NCBI GenBank assembly: GCA_963827655.1
Contig: CAWHCF010000038.1
Span: forward strand, 96,001-160,000
Direction of reading: 5' to 3'
Length of the DNA stretch: 64,000 nt
Origin: an uncultured Acidobacteriota bacterium
Lineage (GTDB): Bacteria > Acidobacteriota > UBA6911
The position numbers were made by a program, and so were the translations under genes. Positions 61,067 to 64,000 of this stretch are shown here, one piece after another. Every line of letters starts with the position of its first letter. The first letter of the stretch is position 1. The notes below the pieces were generated by a model, which had not been told where the DNA came from, did not search any database, and was given only the letters and a program-made list of their open reading frames with translations.

Positions 61067-62428
61067 TTACTTCGTAGCGGGTGCGGGCCTGGGTAGCCAC
61101 ACCGGTTGCATCTGTTCCTTGCTCCAGGTATCCCACGCTGCTCTCAAGGCCTTCACCTTGTCAGGGTGATTGGCGGCCAGGTCTTTCGCCTCGCTCGGAT
61201 CTTTCGCCAGATTGAACAGCATTGCCTGGGTCACCTTGGTCTCGTAGACGGGTCCCTGTGTCCCGGCCGCATAATCGAAGCCCTGGACCAGCTTCCAGTC
61301 GCCCTGGCGGATCGCCCATTGAGGACCAAACCGCCAGTGTAGAGCGTCATGCGGCCTGCCCCGTTTCTCGCCCTTGAGGTACGGCAGCAGGTTGACTCCA
61401 TCCAGCTTCCATTCCGGCTTGACCTCGCCCCCGCTGGCGGCGATCGCCGTTGGGAGTATGTCGAGTTGGATCACCGGATGGTCGTAGAGCTTGCCCGCGG
61501 GCAATTGTCCCTTCCATTGCACGAAGAACGGCACGCGGATACCTCCCTCCCACGTGTCGCCCTTCTGGCCCCTGAGCGGCCGGTTGTTCGACCCGTTTTG
61601 GCCCATCTTGGTCATCGGCCCGCCGTTGTCGCTGCAGAAGAAGATCAGCGTTCTATCTTCAAGCTTCAAACTGCGCACTGCCGTCAAGACCCGGCCCACC
61701 GCGTCGTCCAGCGCCGACAGCATCGCTGCGTAGCCCCGCCGTTCCTTGTCTTCGACGTTCTTGAAACGGTCCAGATACTTCTCGGTCGCCTGAATGGGGA
61801 CGTGGCATGCGTTGAACGGAAGGTAGAGAAAGAAAGGCCTGTCTTTGTTCTTCTGGATGATGTCGACGGCGCGCTCGGCGTATGCGTCGGTCGTGTAGAA
61901 AGCCGCATCGTCGACGCGTTTCGGGTCCGGACTGAGTCGGGAATCTACCAGCTGGGGGTGGAAGAAGGGGGTGTTGGCCAGGGTGCCATAGAACTCATCG
62001 AAGCCGCGCTTCATCGGCCGGAACTCGGGTCCGTAACCCAGGTGCCACTTGCCGACAGCGGCCGTAGCGTAGCCGAGGATCTTCATCCGGTCGGCGAGAG
62101 TGGTCTCTCCGAGCGGCAGGCCGAAAATGTCGCGATTGCCGCCGCCCTCGTTGAATTCGTGGCCGAAGCGCGTCTGGTAGCGCCCGGTCAGCAGGCCGGC
62201 CCGCGTCGGGCTGCAATACGGGCCGGAGACGTAACCACGGGTAAACCGGATTCCGCCTTTTGCAATCGAATCGATCTGGGGTGTGGGGACGTCCTTCCCT
62301 CCCTGTACACCAAGGTCGGAGTAACCGAGGTCGTCGGCCAGAATCACGATGACGTTGGGTCGCTCGGCCGCCATTGCCGCAATCGAAACGAGACTCACAG
62401 CCAAAACCGAGATCAGCGTGCGGATCAT
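61067..62428 (-). CDS. Arylsulfatase family sulfatase
   Basis: DDLGY, CSPTRAGLLTG, GKWHLG, SDNGG and KG..WEGGIRVP. Confidence 0.93.
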   Translation of the reverse strand: MIRTLISVLAVSLVSIAAMAAERPNVIVILADDLGYSDLGVQGGKDVPTPQIDSIAKGGIRFTRGYVSGPYCSPTRAGLLTGRYQTRFGHEFNEGGGNRDIFGLPLGETTLADRMKILGYATAAVGKWHLGYGPEFRPMKRGFDEFYGTLANTPFFHPQLVDSRLSPDPKRVDDAAFYTTDAYAERAVDIIQKNKDRPFFLYLPFNACHVPIQATEKYLDRFKNVEDKERRGYAAMLSALDDAVGRVLTAVRSLKLEDRTLIFFCSDNGGPMTKMGQNGSNNRPLRGQKGDTWEGGIRVPFFVQWKGQLPAGKLYDHPVIQLDILPTAIAASGGEVKPEWKLDGVNLLPYLKGEKRGRPHDALHWRFGPQWAIRQGDWKLVQGFDYAAGTQGPVYETKVTQAMLFNLAKDPSEAKDLAANHPDKVKALRAAWDTWSKEQMQPVWLPRPAPATK

Positions 62429-62602
62429 GATTGGTTTCCCTCAGGTTGGTATTTGGGGTTCGCTGTTTCCAGCGCGGAAAACTGGGACGTCGCCAATTTT
62501 TGCTCTTAGGATACCCGACAGGAGCATCTCGGGCGTCTGATCGAAGGCTACTATACGCGCCGGGCTTGGTGCTGTCCATCGCAACGCAGATTGTGGCTTG
62601 GG

Positions 62603-63424
62603 TCACGCCTCAAACATGGCGCTGATTTCCCGATAGCTTACAGCGTCATCGGCAAAAGTGAAGGTGCCGGTTTCTCGCATTTCCCGCGCAGCGCGAAGAA
62701 AAGCGCCGAGGGCGGCGCGGGAGAGCGCGCTGCCAACGCTGATGCGTTTAACCCCCAGTTCGGAAAGCGACGCAAGGCTCAGCTGAATGCCTTGCAGCCC
62801 CATCAGAACGTTCACCGGGCGATCGAGGGAACGGACCACAGCGGCGATGTCGTCCTTGCTCGTAAGTCCCGGCGCATAGAGAACATCCGCGCCCGCCTCC
62901 TGATAGGTCTGAAGCCGCTTGATCGTGTCTTTGAGATCGGGCCGCCCGACCAGGTAGTTTTCGGCCCGGGCCGTCAACGTGAAAGGAAAAGGAAGAGAAC
63001 GGGCCGCGTCCGCCGCCGCACGGACTCGCTCAACCGCCCGCTGATGCTGGTAAATCGGATCACTCGGGCGATTGGTGGCATCTTCGATCGAGCCGCCGAC
63101 AAGGCCAGCGTCCGCGGCAAGCCGGATGGTTTCTGCGACCGTTTCGGGATCATCCCCAAAGCCGCTCTCAAGATCGCCGCTTACAGGCAACTCGCTGCCC
63201 GATGCAATAGCGCCTACATGCCTCATCATCCTGTCCCGGCTAATCGTCTTGTCCCGCTGTCCGACAGAAAACGCATATCCGCCGCTCGTGGTCGCCAGCG
63301 CTTCAAAGCCCAGGTACGCAAGTAGCCGCGCCGTGCCAACGTCCCACGGATTGGGGATGATAAATGCGCTCTCCCGTTCGTGGAGTGCGCGGAAGGCGCT
63401 CCCTTTTTCTGCCTGAGTTCGCAT
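62603..63424 (-). CDS. Isocitrate lyase/PEP mutase family protein
   Basis: PNPWD.GTA, ATTSGG, DLESGFG, SIED, ARAE and AGADVLYAPG. GGAGG RBS. Confidence 0.9.
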   Translation of the reverse strand: MRTQAEKGSAFRALHERESAFIIPNPWDVGTARLLAYLGFEALATTSGGYAFSVGQRDKTISRDRMMRHVGAIASGSELPVSGDLESGFGDDPETVAETIRLAADAGLVGGSIEDATNRPSDPIYQHQRAVERVRAAADAARSLPFPFTLTARAENYLVGRPDLKDTIKRLQTYQEAGADVLYAPGLTSKDDIAAVVRSLDRPVNVLMGLQGIQLSLASLSELGVKRISVGSALSRAALGAFLRAAREMRETGTFTFADDAVSYREISAMFEA

Positions 63425-63692
63425 CCGATACCTCCGGCCCAAGCCCAACGTGCCAGCTCAGGCGTGCGCGTCGCTTTTACGCATCCCCTGCAGCGCCGGG
63501 TTGGGCGTCGCGTCGCAACCAGGCGAGAACGTCATCCGCGTTCAGGTGAATCAATATGACCAGGTCGTTCGCGTTCGTCGTCACAACCGACCCATCCAGA
63601 TTGGGTTGGGCATGATCCAGCCAACCGAATCATGCAAGGGCCTTGTTTCAGCGATCGGATCCCTGTCACCGACTCTTGCATCGGGCAGCGGG

Positions 63693-64000
63693 TCAAAAGA
63701 TATTGACTGTATACGTGACCCTGAAATTGCGGCCATACTCCGCCGCCAGGTCCTTGATGTACGAGAGATGGTTCCGGTACAGGCGGTCTCCTGCGTTGAT
63801 CAGCGCGGCGCTGATGGTGTGGCCGATCCGTCCGGCGTTCCAGGTATAGGCGGCCTTGAGGTTCACCACGGCGTAACCCGCAGTCCTGGTCTCCGGACCG
63901 AAAACCTCATCCTGGTCCGAGGCCATAACAAGCTGAGGCGCAAAACTGAAGCCTTTGTGGCGGAATTCCACGCCGGCGCGTCCGCGCAACGGAGGAATGC
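63693..64000 (-). CDS. TonB-dependent receptor, 3' end (partial)
   Basis: ETRTAGYAVVNL..N..DRLYRNHLS..GRNFRVTY..F, a typical TBDR C-terminus. Confidence 0.8.
   Translation of the reverse strand, partial: IPPLRGRAGVEFRHKGFSFAPQLVMASDQDEVFGPETRTAGYAVVNLKAAYTWNAGRIGHTISAALINAGDRLYRNHLSYIKDLAAEYGRNFRVTYTVNIF

Noticed and set aside
63440-63690. Possible small gene between the PEP mutase-family gene and the TonB receptor
   Set aside because: Only a short open stretch with no convincing start. It cannot be supported.

Overview
GC-rich bacterial chromosomal segment whose gene content points to an Acidobacteriota genome (inference: Oar-like TonB-dependent receptors, three CRTAC1/ASPIC-UnbV proteins, a GWxTD protein and many TPR proteins). 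About 15 genes are split by 1-bp frameshifts, most likely long-read consensus errors. From left to right: a CFA-type methyltransferase plus GGR-like reductase pair; housekeeping genes; a ~21 kb TonB/TPR/CRTAC1/PQQ-dehydrogenase cluster that includes one doubly truncated receptor; two divergent TMTC-like glycosyltransferases; a candidate split NLR-like defence module (SEFIR/TIR-STAND NTPase plus a separately encoded winged-helix-TPR protein); a ParB-like plus spore-photoproduct-lyase-like radical SAM pair; a 4Fe-4S/NrfD fusion plus a Tat-less molybdopterin oxidoreductase; a Cu P-type ATPase; PhoD; an Omp85 plus kinase-like protein pair; a PHP-like metallohydrolase; a histidine kinase remnant; an SSS transporter with two sulfatases; a PEP mutase/ICL-family gene; and the 3' end of another TonB receptor. 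Intergenic DNA carries four families of short repeats or palindromes. No rRNA, tRNA, CRISPR array or intact transposase was recognised. All family assignments are by motif recognition, not database search.
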